From: Eledone cirrhosa
Taxonomy: Eukaryota
Reading direction: 5' to 3'
Assembly: GCA_964016885.1 (NCBI GenBank)
Contig: OZ024741.1
Span: 351,416,001-351,480,000 of the forward strand
DNA length: 64,000 bases
Numbering within the stretch: the stretch's first letter is position 1; each line of letters begins with the position of its first letter. The notes under the pieces are model-generated. The model had not been told where the DNA came from, searched no databases, and saw only the letters and a list, made by a program, of their open reading frames with translations. Positions 1-10,949 of the stretch are shown here, in pieces. Both the position numbers and the translations under genes were made by a program.

Positions 1-25
1 GCTTCTCTCTGTCTCTAATATATAT

Positions 26-950
26 ATTAAGAGGTTTTGAAACTTTTATTAGGGAGTATTGCCAGAGGGTGTATTGCCAGGTGCCCCTAACCAGACTTGA
101 AGAGTTCTGGTCTCTTGCAACGAGATCACAAAACCTCTACTTAATACTTTTTGTTGACTGTCTGTCCGTGGGGAACCCAGTGGATGTAATGATGTCCTTG
201 TGTCGAAGAACGGGATGATCATGAGCTTCCCAGTAGACCTGCTTTATCTAGCGTCCTTGTGCCATAGGGAGTCAGAACGTTTCCATTGAACACTCTCTCT
301 AACAGTAGACCCAGTTCTCGTCACTGGTTACCAGAGACCCAAGGGCACTTGGACTCGAAGCGATCCCCTCGACCATCTCCCGGTTGTCATCAACGCGCTT
401 CTATCTTTGTTCTTTATTGAGCACTCTGGGAACAAACTTTGCACAAACTTTGCACAAACTTTACGCATGTTCAGATCGTCATGAATGACTGCACAGTGAC
501 CTCAGCCACTTTAGATTGTTTAACAATCATCAGAAGAAATGAAAGACTATCCTCGTCTAGAAATTAGCGAATTTTGACGGCCAACTTTGCCGTCCTGATG
601 CCTCTCTCCCTGCTACACCTCTCATTGTCTCTCACCTGCTCCCTGCCCTCCTGGAACCTCCTGTGCCAGCGGAAAACATCGCCCGGCTCATGAAAGTTAG
701 TACGTAAGCAGTTTTGACCATTTCATAGGTTTCCGCAGCGTTCTTGCCAAGTTTAACAAACAACTTTATTGCATAGGGACCTTCCAAATTGTCTCACGTC
801 CCGACTGTATTGTGGAAGCTGTCAGCTGTGACAAAACGTGTATGACGGGTAGTGTTTAAAGTGCTGTAGCGGCCCATATCAAGGATGTATTAGAGCGACA
901 GTCACGTAGGTCAATTGAAAGTACCTTTCAAAACCTCTTGAATGTACCTA

Positions 951-951
<1 letters not shown>
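26..951 (-). mobile_element. Decayed mariner (Tc1/mariner) DNA transposon
   Basis: Minus-strand translation fragments AIKLFVKLGKNAAETYEMVKTAY, VFRWHRRFQEGREQ and LVTSDENWVY match the mariner HTH and first catalytic Asp. A TIR remnant aagaggttttgaa at ~29-41 has an inverted copy at ~928-940. Flanked by TA runs. Confidence 0.75.
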
Positions 952-991
<40 letters not shown>

Positions 992-1070
992 TTGCAAGGT
1001 TTTTGATATGAAATCGTGAGTCGAAACAAATATTGTTATACAGAGACGGAGACAAGACGAAATAAACAAA

Positions 1071-1109
<39 letters not shown>

Positions 1110-1164
1110 AATAAAAATGGCGTAGATATTACAATACAATACAATAGGAGGGAACATAATAGTA

Positions 1165-1205
1165 CGACTGATGATGTTGCAGATGTGCAACAAAAGAACT
1201 TTGAT
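1165..1205 (+). ncRNA. Decayed hammerhead-like motif
   Basis: CTGATGA followed by a perfect hairpin tgttgca-gatg-tgcaaca, but AAAA in place of GAAA and no clear stems I/III. Confidence 0.25.
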
Positions 1206-1394
1206 AGATTATATATATTTATATCTGTATTTTTAACCGTTGGTCAATCAATGATAAACATTGTTTGCCAAATAAATTAATTATGGAGATATAAAAGATA
1301 CAGAAGCGCAGAAGCGAACACCAACTAAACAGTGAGTGTGTTCCGTTATTATTTCTGGCAATATTATTACAACAATATGACCCTCCCCAAGTAT

Positions 1395-1504
<110 letters not shown>

Positions 1505-1511
1505 GTGTGTG

Positions 1512-1608
<97 letters not shown>

Positions 1609-1689
1609 ATACATATACATGGGTTTGGACCTACCTAGGTGCCGACAATGAGTCTTCCAGTTATAGGGTTAACGCGGACATAAGTAACA

Positions 1690-1780
1690 TGAAATAGTGC
1701 TTTGCTGAAGGGTACAACGCGGCGCCGATGGTAGTCGAAAGCATGGCTTTAAGATTGTGAATCAAACCCCCTAACCACCT
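1690..1780 (-). mobile_element. Decayed tRNA-derived SINE head (second SINE family)
   Basis: Reverse complement ggtggttagggggtttgattcacaatc...ttcgactacc resembles the A/B-box head of the SINE at 49230-49490. Confidence 0.45.
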
Positions 1781-2561
1781 CACACACACACACACACACA
1801 CACATATAAGCACACACACAGTTATGTATACTGGCGCACATTTATTTTGAGCAGAGTGATGGCTCGGAAATTCTTAATTATGTCTCCTTTGTTCACGTCC
1901 TTCTTCATCAGTGTTACTACTCTCCAATTTACACAACTAGAATTCTCCTGTTCTGTTTCCAGTTGTCCACATCATACACAAGCATAATCAATAATGTGTG
2001 TGTGTGTGTGCGAGCGTGCGCGTGTGTATGTGTGTGTGTGCGTGCGTGTTTGTGTGTGTGAATGCGCGCGTGTGTGTGTGTATCGGGATGCGAGCATGCT
2101 CGTGTGTATGTGCGTGTGTGAGTGTGCGTGCGTACGCGCGTGTGTGTGCGTGTCTGTGTGTGCATGCATGTGGTGAGTGTGTGTGCGCGCTCGCAAAATT
2201 AATTTTGTTTAGCTAAAAAACGCGCAAATGAAAGAGAATACACATTTACACTTGTTTACTTTGTTACGAGACAACACGTTATAACTGATATATAAACAAG
2301 GGTGACATATATGAAAGAGAATTGAAACAGGACATTCACATTTAGCTCTCTAATACATGAATACTTTTATAATTGCTAAAATTTATTAAGGCTCGGTCGT
2401 CAACCTCTCTACTCAATTAAATATATTACTTTATGTGTGTTGCAATATTTCTGTTTACATTCCTTATTATTAAATTCTAACGATATATGTACGTCTCACG
2501 TGATGAAATTTTAACGAAAGACGAGACTGGTAATTTCGATCCTCAGTTCCATTCCATCTGT

Positions 2562-2621
<60 letters not shown>

Positions 2622-2646
2622 GTGTGTGTGTATGTGTGTATGTATG

Positions 2647-2720
<74 letters not shown>

Positions 2721-2731
2721 CATACACACAT

Positions 2732-2788
<57 letters not shown>

Positions 2789-2915
2789 TTTATCCCATGT
2801 TCAATCGGGGGCAACCACAGTAAGTAAGGTACTCAATATATAGCAGAGTATAAATATTTAATATAGAAATGACTAGAACTGTTTCATTCAGGAGAAATCA
2901 TCAGGACACCTTGAT

Positions 2916-2965
2916 CTTTCCTGATGATTTCTCCCGAATGAAACAGTTCTAGTCCTGTAGAAGCC
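2916..2965 (+). ncRNA. Type I hammerhead ribozyme
   Basis: tttc-CTGATGA-tttctcccgaat-GAAA-cag(ttctagtc)ctg-TA-gaag with a GUA cleavage triplet. An inverted partial copy lies at 2871-2905 and a same-family copy at 56394-56444. Confidence 0.75.
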
Positions 2966-3000
2966 ATTTCTCTCTCTCTCTATATATATATATATACATG

Positions 3001-3047
<47 letters not shown>

Positions 3048-3069
3048 ACGCGCGCGCGTGTGTGGTACC

Positions 3070-3190
3070 GCAACTCCTGATAGAGTCGTAGCGGCGCGGT
3101 ATTGACATACAGCGTTTCTTGGACATTTTAAGCCTGGCGGAGGCCATCCCTCCCCAGGCCTGAGTAGAGCAGATTTCTTCCAGAGAAAGA
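3070..3190. repeat. Unclassified interspersed repeat (inverted copy at ~40530-40650)
   Basis: agcctggcggaggccatccctccccaggcctgagtagagcagatttcttc aligns to the reverse complement of 40538-40590. Confidence 0.65.
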
Positions 3191-3858
3191 TAGAAAGTGA
3201 GAAGGAGGAAATGAGAAAGAGATTTAGAGGAAAGAGCGAACCTTTTACTTGACTGGTGCTCTTTTATCGTACTCGATATACATGTATAAATAATACATGC
3301 ATATATTTATTTTTTAATATCCAATTGAGTTCTTCACGCATGGTTAAAATTCTTGACAGAGTTAATTGACCTGCGTGCATATTATTTTATCCTTTTATGT
3401 TTTGCGATGACCTCCCCTTCCCGCTTGGTGACGGTGTGAGATTTCTCTTTGTGAGACTGCTGAAATTTCAAATTTGGCGGTCACTCTAACACTGACGGGT
3501 ACCATCGCTGAATGTTAATATCGGTAGGGTTTTTTTTATATCGATATTGTTGGGCATCCACTGATGATTTATAAGTGCCCACCTGCATATATTCCTATAG
3601 ACTATGTGTAGGCTTCTACATAACATGGACATTATTTTCCCAACTTGTAGAAAACTTATAATGAAACGATCGTTTGGAAAGAGGGATGTATTTAATTATG
3701 TCTCATATAAAATAATACAACTGGCTATCCGCAAAATACGTATAGTTAGCACCCCAAACGTATAATTGGGATTATACTAAGGTATATCCTAATGTTTGTT
3801 GAGTGAGACGGAAGTCGGTCGGAGTATTGCTTAAAACTTTCTCAGTTAATGTATTAAA

Positions 3859-3899
<41 letters not shown>

Positions 3900-3974
3900 A
3901 AAGTTAGAATTTGATTTTTCGCTCTAACAGCGGATTACATAAATTATTAGTTTTATATGGAATAATAATTGTTA

Positions 3975-4160
3975 TTTGGCTACTTTTGGCACAAGGCCAG
4001 CAATTATCCCAGTGCATTTATGGTACTTTATTTTATCGACCCGTAAGGATGAAAGGCAAAGTTAACCTCGGCGGGATTCGAACTCAGACTGTAAAGGGGC
4101 GTAATTCTATGCTGCAAAGCATGGCGTCCGACCCCCTACCAATACTGCCAATCTACCATC
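3975..4160 (-). mobile_element. tRNA-derived SINE (main family)
   Basis: Reverse complement has an A-box (tggcagtattggta), a B-box (gagttcgaatccc) and the core gcctttcatccttacgggtcgataaaataaagtacc, which resembles the Nin/Deu domain. Confidence 0.9.
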
Positions 4161-4336
4161 ATGCTATTACATAGCATAATGAGGCTGTTTGCAAGCAAAC
4201 AACCTCATTATGGTATGTTTTGTCTTTGATGATCATCGTCATCCGTTTGTTCAGCAGTAGCATCGAAGAACAGTCAACATTTTTCTGGGTTATTGCTCTT
4301 CATCAGGACTGTATAGTACTCTGCTACCCGTTTGAA

Positions 4337-4392
<56 letters not shown>

Positions 4393-4772
4393 GTTTACAT
4401 ATATATATATATAAAGTCATAGATATATATGTGTTTTGCAACGGGTCACGCTGTGTCTCAATGAAGAATTAATAAATTAAATAATCAGAGCTATATATCA
4501 TAAAACATGTCTATAGAATCACCAGATAAAATATATACCGTTTCCTCTCCCAATTAGCATAATTAACCATATACAAAATCAATTAGACCAAGCTATAAGA
4601 ATAAAGGCTCCTATGAAGAAATCTCCGACAAATAACCGAAAGCAGCCCCTTCGCGGCGGTTACAACGGAGTATTTATCGAATATTTCGACAGCATGTATA
4701 AATCGACCAAATATACAGTCAACTAAACAGAATTAGGTGTAAAATAAACTAGAAGAAATGTGTACATATTTA

Positions 4773-4856
4773 ATTACCTCTACCATGGTTTCGTCCGCAT
4801 TTTAAGACATCCGATAACAGAGGATATCTAGAGCTTCGGATTCTTCAGGAGTTAGC
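4773..4856 (-). ncRNA. Type I hammerhead ribozyme
   Basis: Reverse complement: ctc-CTGAAGA-atccg...agatatcc(loop)ggatgtct...cggac-GAAA-ccatgg-TA-gag, with palindromic stem III accatggt. Confidence 0.75.
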
Positions 4857-5058
4857 TCAAATTTAGACAATTAATTTTCCAAAGTGATCGCGCCAAGAAT
4901 ACATTCAAAAATGGCTAAGAATCGCGGGAGCTTCTGAGTCTGAGAATCAAAACAACATAAATTAACCAACATATGATCGCGAAACGTTAGACATTTATAT
5001 GCCTTATACATTCATTCTCTCATTACTACAGCAGAGCTCCGACGATACAGATCGAACC

Positions 5059-5100
5059 TTGAGCTGATGAATAGCGAAACGCGCGTCACCAATCAATAAA
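5059..5100 (+). ncRNA. Minimal hammerhead motif (PLE type)
   Basis: CTGATGA-atagc-GAAA-cgcgcg-TC with palindromic stem III acgcgcgt, followed by AATAAA. Stem I is weak. A decayed homologue lies at ~24695-24742. Confidence 0.55.
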
Positions 5101-5126
5101 CGTAATGAAGGCTTAACAAATCGTCC

Positions 5127-5287
5127 TTATCGACCCCGTAACGATGAAAGGCAAAGTTAAACTCGGCGGGATGGTCTGAGTTCAAATCCCGCCGAGGTTA
5201 ACTTTGCCTTTCATCCTTACGGGGTCGATAAAATAGTACCAGTAATACACTGAGATAATTGCTGGCCTTGTGCCAAAGGTAGAAACA

Positions 5288-5317
<30 letters not shown>
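5127..5317 (+). mobile_element. 5'-truncated SINE with fold-back 5' end and (ATT)n tail
   Basis: SINE core at 5175-5288. Bases 5127-5170 are the reverse complement of 5188-5231. (ATT)n tail at 5288-5317. Confidence 0.9.
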
Positions 5318-5320
<3 letters not shown>

Positions 5321-8300
5321 CACCCCTCCCCCCCAAAAGTATGGCATAAACATGGCAAAAAAGAACTCATACAATATATAAAGCAGCATACAGACATCAC
5401 AGAAAAAAACTACTACACCCCACCAACACCAAGAACTCTCCCGACAAACATAAGCATCATTGAAATCTCAATAGAACAGTACAAACTTTTAAAACAAAAA
5501 TTCCCCAACGCAGTTGGAGACTTCAGGGAGTCGGTTATCAAGGTGATATACACTGACATCCTCTTGGAAACACCCATGACTAGCCAAAGGGACCGTTCTA
5601 CTGTCCCTTCACCACACGATCAAGGTAAGTGACCCTTTCTCACTTGCCCCGTTTCTCATCCAACATAGCCGTACTTAGAATAGGCAGTATAAATGCACGT
5701 GGCCTGGGGGTCATCTTGGAAGCAGGGTCACCTGCTCAACGACCTCAGGTCACTAAACAAAGATGTGGTGGCCATCAGCGAGACCAGAATCTCCGAAGCA
5801 CGAGCTTTCGCACCGATCTTCGGCGGCTACGATGTATACGCATCTCCCAGCCGTCCAGGATCGGGGGGAGGGGTTGCCGTCCTTTTTCGATTTTTCGGAG
5901 AGGCTTGGATCTCGCCATACGGGCCATCTTCCTAGACCCAGAAGGTAAGTCGGTGGTGCTTGGCGTGACCGGCACCGAAGGCAACGCTTTCAGGCTAGTA
6001 GCCATCTATGCCCCGTCAGGGACAGGACGGCCGGATTTCTTCAGACGTCTAGAGACCTTTCTTGGAACGTCCCGCTCTTTAGTGTTAGTGGGCGACTGGA
6101 ACGGTATCTTGGATGTACGCTGGGATCGTGTGGGGCTAGTGGATAGGGGAGGAGGGTGCAAGAGCCTCACCAACCTGCTCAGACGTTTTGAACTGTCTGA
6201 CAGGTATTGATTGGATCACCCGAATGTGCCAATGTGGACATGGACAAACCGCACCGGGTCATCCAGATCGTATCTCGATAGGGTATTTTGCAGGGAACTA
6301 GATTAGGCTAGTATAAGTTGTCCACAATTTAAAATAGTCGACTACACAGACCACAAATTTGTGATCTTTGAGATCGATATAGACAGACTTCATAGACAAG
6401 GGCCTGGTTACTGGAAGCTGAACGCGTCTTTCTCGACGCGCAAAGCCTACAGAGACCGGATTAGCGTATTAGTTAAGCGGGCGTTGACGGGAGCGGTCAT
6501 CAACAACAGGTGGTGGTTCGGCCTGAAAAGGGCAATTAAAGTAGAGTCGATTAGGTTTATCAAAGGACTAGTGATAGAGGAAAATAAAGTAGAGGGAGAG
6601 CTAATTAGAAATCTAGAAGGGGCGTTTAGGACAGGCATCGCAACCGACGTTCTTGCGGCGAGATTGGCACTCGACCAATTCTTCAACGCAAAACACGAAG
6701 GCTGCGTTGTCAGAGCTAGAGCGCGTGCTCTGAAACACGAGGGGACAAAAGCCGTCCAATGGGCCCGGGTGGCAGAGGCGCGACGTGGCAACAAAGCCAC
6801 AATTCGGTCTTTGTCTGACCAAGACGGGTGCGTGATGCTCGAACCCGAGCGGATGTGTGAAGCTTTTCAGCAGCACTTTGCTGAACTGTTCGGGAGCGGC
6901 GGCGGCCCGGATCGCGGCATGGACTTCAGTGCATACCTCGACGGACTGCCTCGGCTCTCGATGACCGCAGCACAGTGTTGCGAAAAGCCAATAACAGTCG
7001 GTGAAATACGGGAAGAGATGGCTAACTGCACAAGGGGTAAATCGCCAGGTTTAGATGGTCTGCTCTACGAGCTTTATGAATTTATGCCAGACTTGTTCGG
7101 TGACCTCTTGGCAGACGTCTACTGCAACTGTCAGCAGAACGGGAGCATTCCTAGTTTTGTAAGCCGGGGAGCGGTGGCGCTGCTGAGAAAAGACCCGAAC
7201 AAGAGGGATGTTATCGTTAACTTCAGGCCCATAACTCTGCTAAACGCCGAGTTCAAGATTTTGGCCAAGGTGTTAGCAACGAGGTTGGCGCTTGTCGTCA
7301 AGGGTTTGGTGGGAGAGGCTCAGACATGCTTAATTCGGGACAGACCCATACACGACAACCTCCACCTCATGCGATACATCATAGAGAGGGTGGTTAAGGA
7401 ACCTGGCACGGGTGGGGCCCTGATCAACTTGGATCAATCCAAAGCATTCGATAGGGTCGACCATCGGCACCTGGCGGTGGTCCTCGAGGCAGCCGGTTTC
7501 GAGCCCGTTTTCAGGGGCTGGATCGCTGCGATGTACAGCGACAGCTGCTCAGTTGTGAGGGTGAACGGTCACCTGTCGCAGCCGTTCAGCATCATGCGCT
7601 CTGTTCGCCAAGGTTGTCCCCTCTCGTCCCTCTTGTACGTATTGGCTCTCGAGTCGTTACTGCACAAACTGGGGGCGATGAGGGGCGTCCCACGCGAACT
7701 AGATTGCGGGAAATCTAAATCGGCTTACGCCGACGACGTCACCGTGGTGGTGTCGAGCACCAGACACGTCCAGATGCTCGGCACTGCTCTCAAGGAATAC
7801 GAAGCGGTGACAGGAGCAAAGATAAACCAGGAAAAGTCAGTGGGCTTGCAGCTCGGCACCTGGAGAGGCAAGTCCATGCCGTCCGACAGCGTCGTGGGGC
7901 GTGAAATTGCTCGGGGTCTGGTTCGGACCGGACCTCCAGATGGAGAAAAACTGGAGCGAGGTGACGAGCAAGGTGGCCTCCCTCACTAGAAATGGGCCGT
8001 GAGGAAGCTGTCCCTGAAAGGCTGGGCGGAGGTGGCGAATGCATACACCGCATCCATCATCTGCTACCGCATCACCGTCATCCCTTGCCCCGGCCCAACT
8101 CTCACCAGAATGGGTCACCTCCTCTTCCGCTTTTTGTGGAAGGGACGTGCTCCCATGGTCAGACAATCCATCTGCTGTCAACACCCGTTGCGTGGAGGAC
8201 TGAGCATACCATGGCTGATGATGCGCAAACATGCGCTGAGGCTGCGACATTTCTGGTGCTTCCTTGGCGGTGAACAGGTGTGGTAGCTGTTCGCCAGGCA

Positions 8301-9097
8301 CGTTTTCCCACAGCTCGTCTCCTTGGCGGAGCTGCAGTCCTGGGTCAGGAAAAGACCGAGTGATAGCGCTTGGAACTGGAATGTCTCCAGGCGCTCACTG
8401 CCCTCTGCCAGCTGGGCACCAGTATCGGTGGAACATCCACCTCGGCGTTCTATAGAGGACTAGTGGAGGGGAAGAGCGACGACGTTCTCGGAGAGATCCT
8501 GGGCGTCGAAGAAAATCAGCTGTTTGCTCTCTTCCGGAGAACTTTCAGCCCAGGGCCTATGGATAACTTCCAAAAATCCCTGGCCTGGCAGTGCTACCGG
8601 GGAGCGCTGCCGGTTCGAGATAAGCTCTACAGACACGGAAGTGCCGCCAGCCGAGTCTGTCCGAGATGCGCGCAGAGCGACGAAACCATCGTGCACGCAC
8701 TCGTTCAGTGTCCGAGCATTGCTGACTTGTGGAGCTATTTCGAACAGTTGCTGTCGCATCTAGGACTGATCCGGTTATAGACTGAGTCCATTGTGCAGAT
8801 GGTCTCGCCGTCTTCCTTCGAGGAGGAGGGTTTTCATTTGCCTGGTGGCCATGGCGAAAGAGATTGTGTCGTGGACAAGGTTGAAATGGTTAAAGACAGA
8901 TACTTTCCTCTTCGGCGAATCCCTAATTAACTTTTTCAAGTTTCACTTGAAGAGGAAAATCAGGGTGGAGAGGCAAGTGCTTCCTTCTAGCAGAAATGCC
9001 AATTTGTACCGTCCTGTATTGTCCTGTATTGTCCTGTATTGTCCTGTACTGTCGTTAATGTCTTACTTTGTGTAAACCCTTGTGGTTAATAAAGAAA
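5318..9097 (+). mobile_element. Tx1/L1-type non-LTR retrotransposon copy 1 (5'-truncated, disrupted)
   Basis: End of ORF1, then APE motifs (INARGL, VAISETR, VGDWN, SYLDR, TDH), RT motifs (KSPGLDG, RPITLLN, DQSKAFDRV, RQGCPLS, YADD) and the C-terminal CPRC..ET..H..C. Several stops and frameshifts. AATAAA then (TTA)n. Confidence 0.95.
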
Positions 9098-9114
9098 TTA
9101 TTATTATTATTATT

Positions 9115-10727
9115 GCAAGCCCACCGACTTTTCCGGGTTAAGTTTGGCTCCTGACAGGAGCCAAACTTTAGCAGGAAAAGTCTGTGGGCTTGCAGCTCGG
9201 AACCTGGAGAGGCAAGCCTATGCCGTCCAACAGCGTCGTGGGGCGCTGGACGGACGGACGGACCGGTAAAGTAGCTCGGGTTTGGTTCGGACCGACCTCC
9301 AGGTGGAAAAGAATTGGGACGAGGTAACGAGCAGAGTAGCCAGTCTCACCTAAAAATGGGCTGGGAGGAAGCTATCACAGAAAGGTCGCGCGGAGGTGGC
9401 GAATGCGTACCTCGCGTCCGTCATCTACTACCGCCTGACCGTCGTGCCTTGCCCCCGTCCGCGCCTCGTCAAGTTGGAACGGCTCCTCTTCAAATTCTTG
9501 TGGAGGGGACAAGTTCCGTTGGCGAGGCGGTACATCTGCTGCCAGAACCCTCTACGCGGAGGGCTGGGCATGTCGTGGCTAATGATGCGCAGACATGCGT
9601 TGAGGCTGCGATATCTCCAGATATTCTGCCTAAACGGTGAACAGGTGTGGTCGCCGTTTATCTGACGGGTCTTTCCGCAGCTCGTTTCTTTGACTGAGCT
9701 GCAGTCCTGGGTCAAGAAGAGACCGAGACTGGGTGACTGGCACCTGGAATGTTGCCAGGCACTCACTGCCCTCTACCAAGCGGGCAGTGGAACTTCCACT
9801 CTCGAGTTCTATAGAGGATTAGTGGTGGGCAAATGCGATGACGCACTCGGAGAAGCTTTGGGCCTCGACGAAGTCGAACTGACCAGTCTGTACCGGAGGA
9901 CTTTCGAGCCGGGGACGATGGACAATTTCCAGAAATCCCTCGCTTGGCAGTGCTACCGGCACTGCCGGTTCGGGGGGCACTGCTGGTTCGGGATAAACTC
10001 TACAGGCACGGAAGTGCTGTCAGACGGACCTGTCCAAGATGCACACAGAACGACGAAACCGTTCTGCACGCACTTGTCCAATGTTCGTGCATTACTGACT
10101 TGTGGAGTTATGTCTAACAGCTACTGTCGCGTGTGGAACGAATCCGGCTATCGGCCGAGTCCATAGTGAAGATCGAACCGCCGCCTTCCTTAGGTCAGGA
10201 AGAGCAGGAAATTTTCCTCTGTCTGGTGGCCGTTGCGAAAGAGGTTATATGGTGGACCAGATTAAAAGGACTGAAGACAGACACTTTTCTCTTCGGCCAA
10301 TCCCTCATCAACTTCTTCAAGTTTCACATGGAAAGGAAGGTGAGGGTGGAGAGAGAAGTGCTGCCCCCAGTACATTTGCTAAAAGGTAGATGAATGTGGC
10401 GAGAATGGCCGTGTGTGAATGGGCCTACTCTGACCATGCGCCTATAGGCTAGCTAACTTGAGGAGAGAGGTGCTCTTCCTGGGTGCCCTAGAAGCGCATG
10501 GTGGTTGAGGATTGGTGGGGTACCTGAGTCACCCCAGGGTCGTCCACCCCTTATTGGGGAATTTATTTTGTTATATTTATGCATAGTTTATTTTATATTT
10601 TTTATATCTTCATTGTTAAATTAGTCTTACCATTTTGCACTTTTACTCGACCTTATTGTAAACCCCCACTGTCCCTGTCTTTGTATTGTCCCCTACATGT
10701 CGGCCCTTGTGGCTAATAAATGAAATC
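9115..10727 (+). mobile_element. Tx1/L1-type copy 2 (3' fragment of a divergent subfamily)
   Basis: Homologous to the post-RT part of ORF2 (MDNFQKSLAWQCYR, FLFGQSLINFFKFH) with a distinct 3' UTR ending aataaatgaaatc(ATT)n. Confidence 0.92.
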
Positions 10728-10949
10728 ATTATTATTATTATTATTATTGGCGACCTACGTAGTAAATCGTATCATCGTGAGCTCCGCAAAGGTTTGTTAT
10801 TTCCGTTTGTTAAAAATTGCCATTTATGGAAAATTTTTATTGTTAACTATATATAAGCGCATATACATTGTTTTCCGAAAAGGACACCCAAAAAGATTGG
10901 GGCCTTGTGCCCAAAATTTAAACTTTTATGATTATCATTTGAAAAAAAA

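Noticed and set aside
3555-3585. CTGATGA as a hammerhead
   Set aside because: No GAAA or stem III follows. Similar weak hits at ~4270-4310 (-), ~24026, ~43870 (-), ~45815 and ~49254 were not called.
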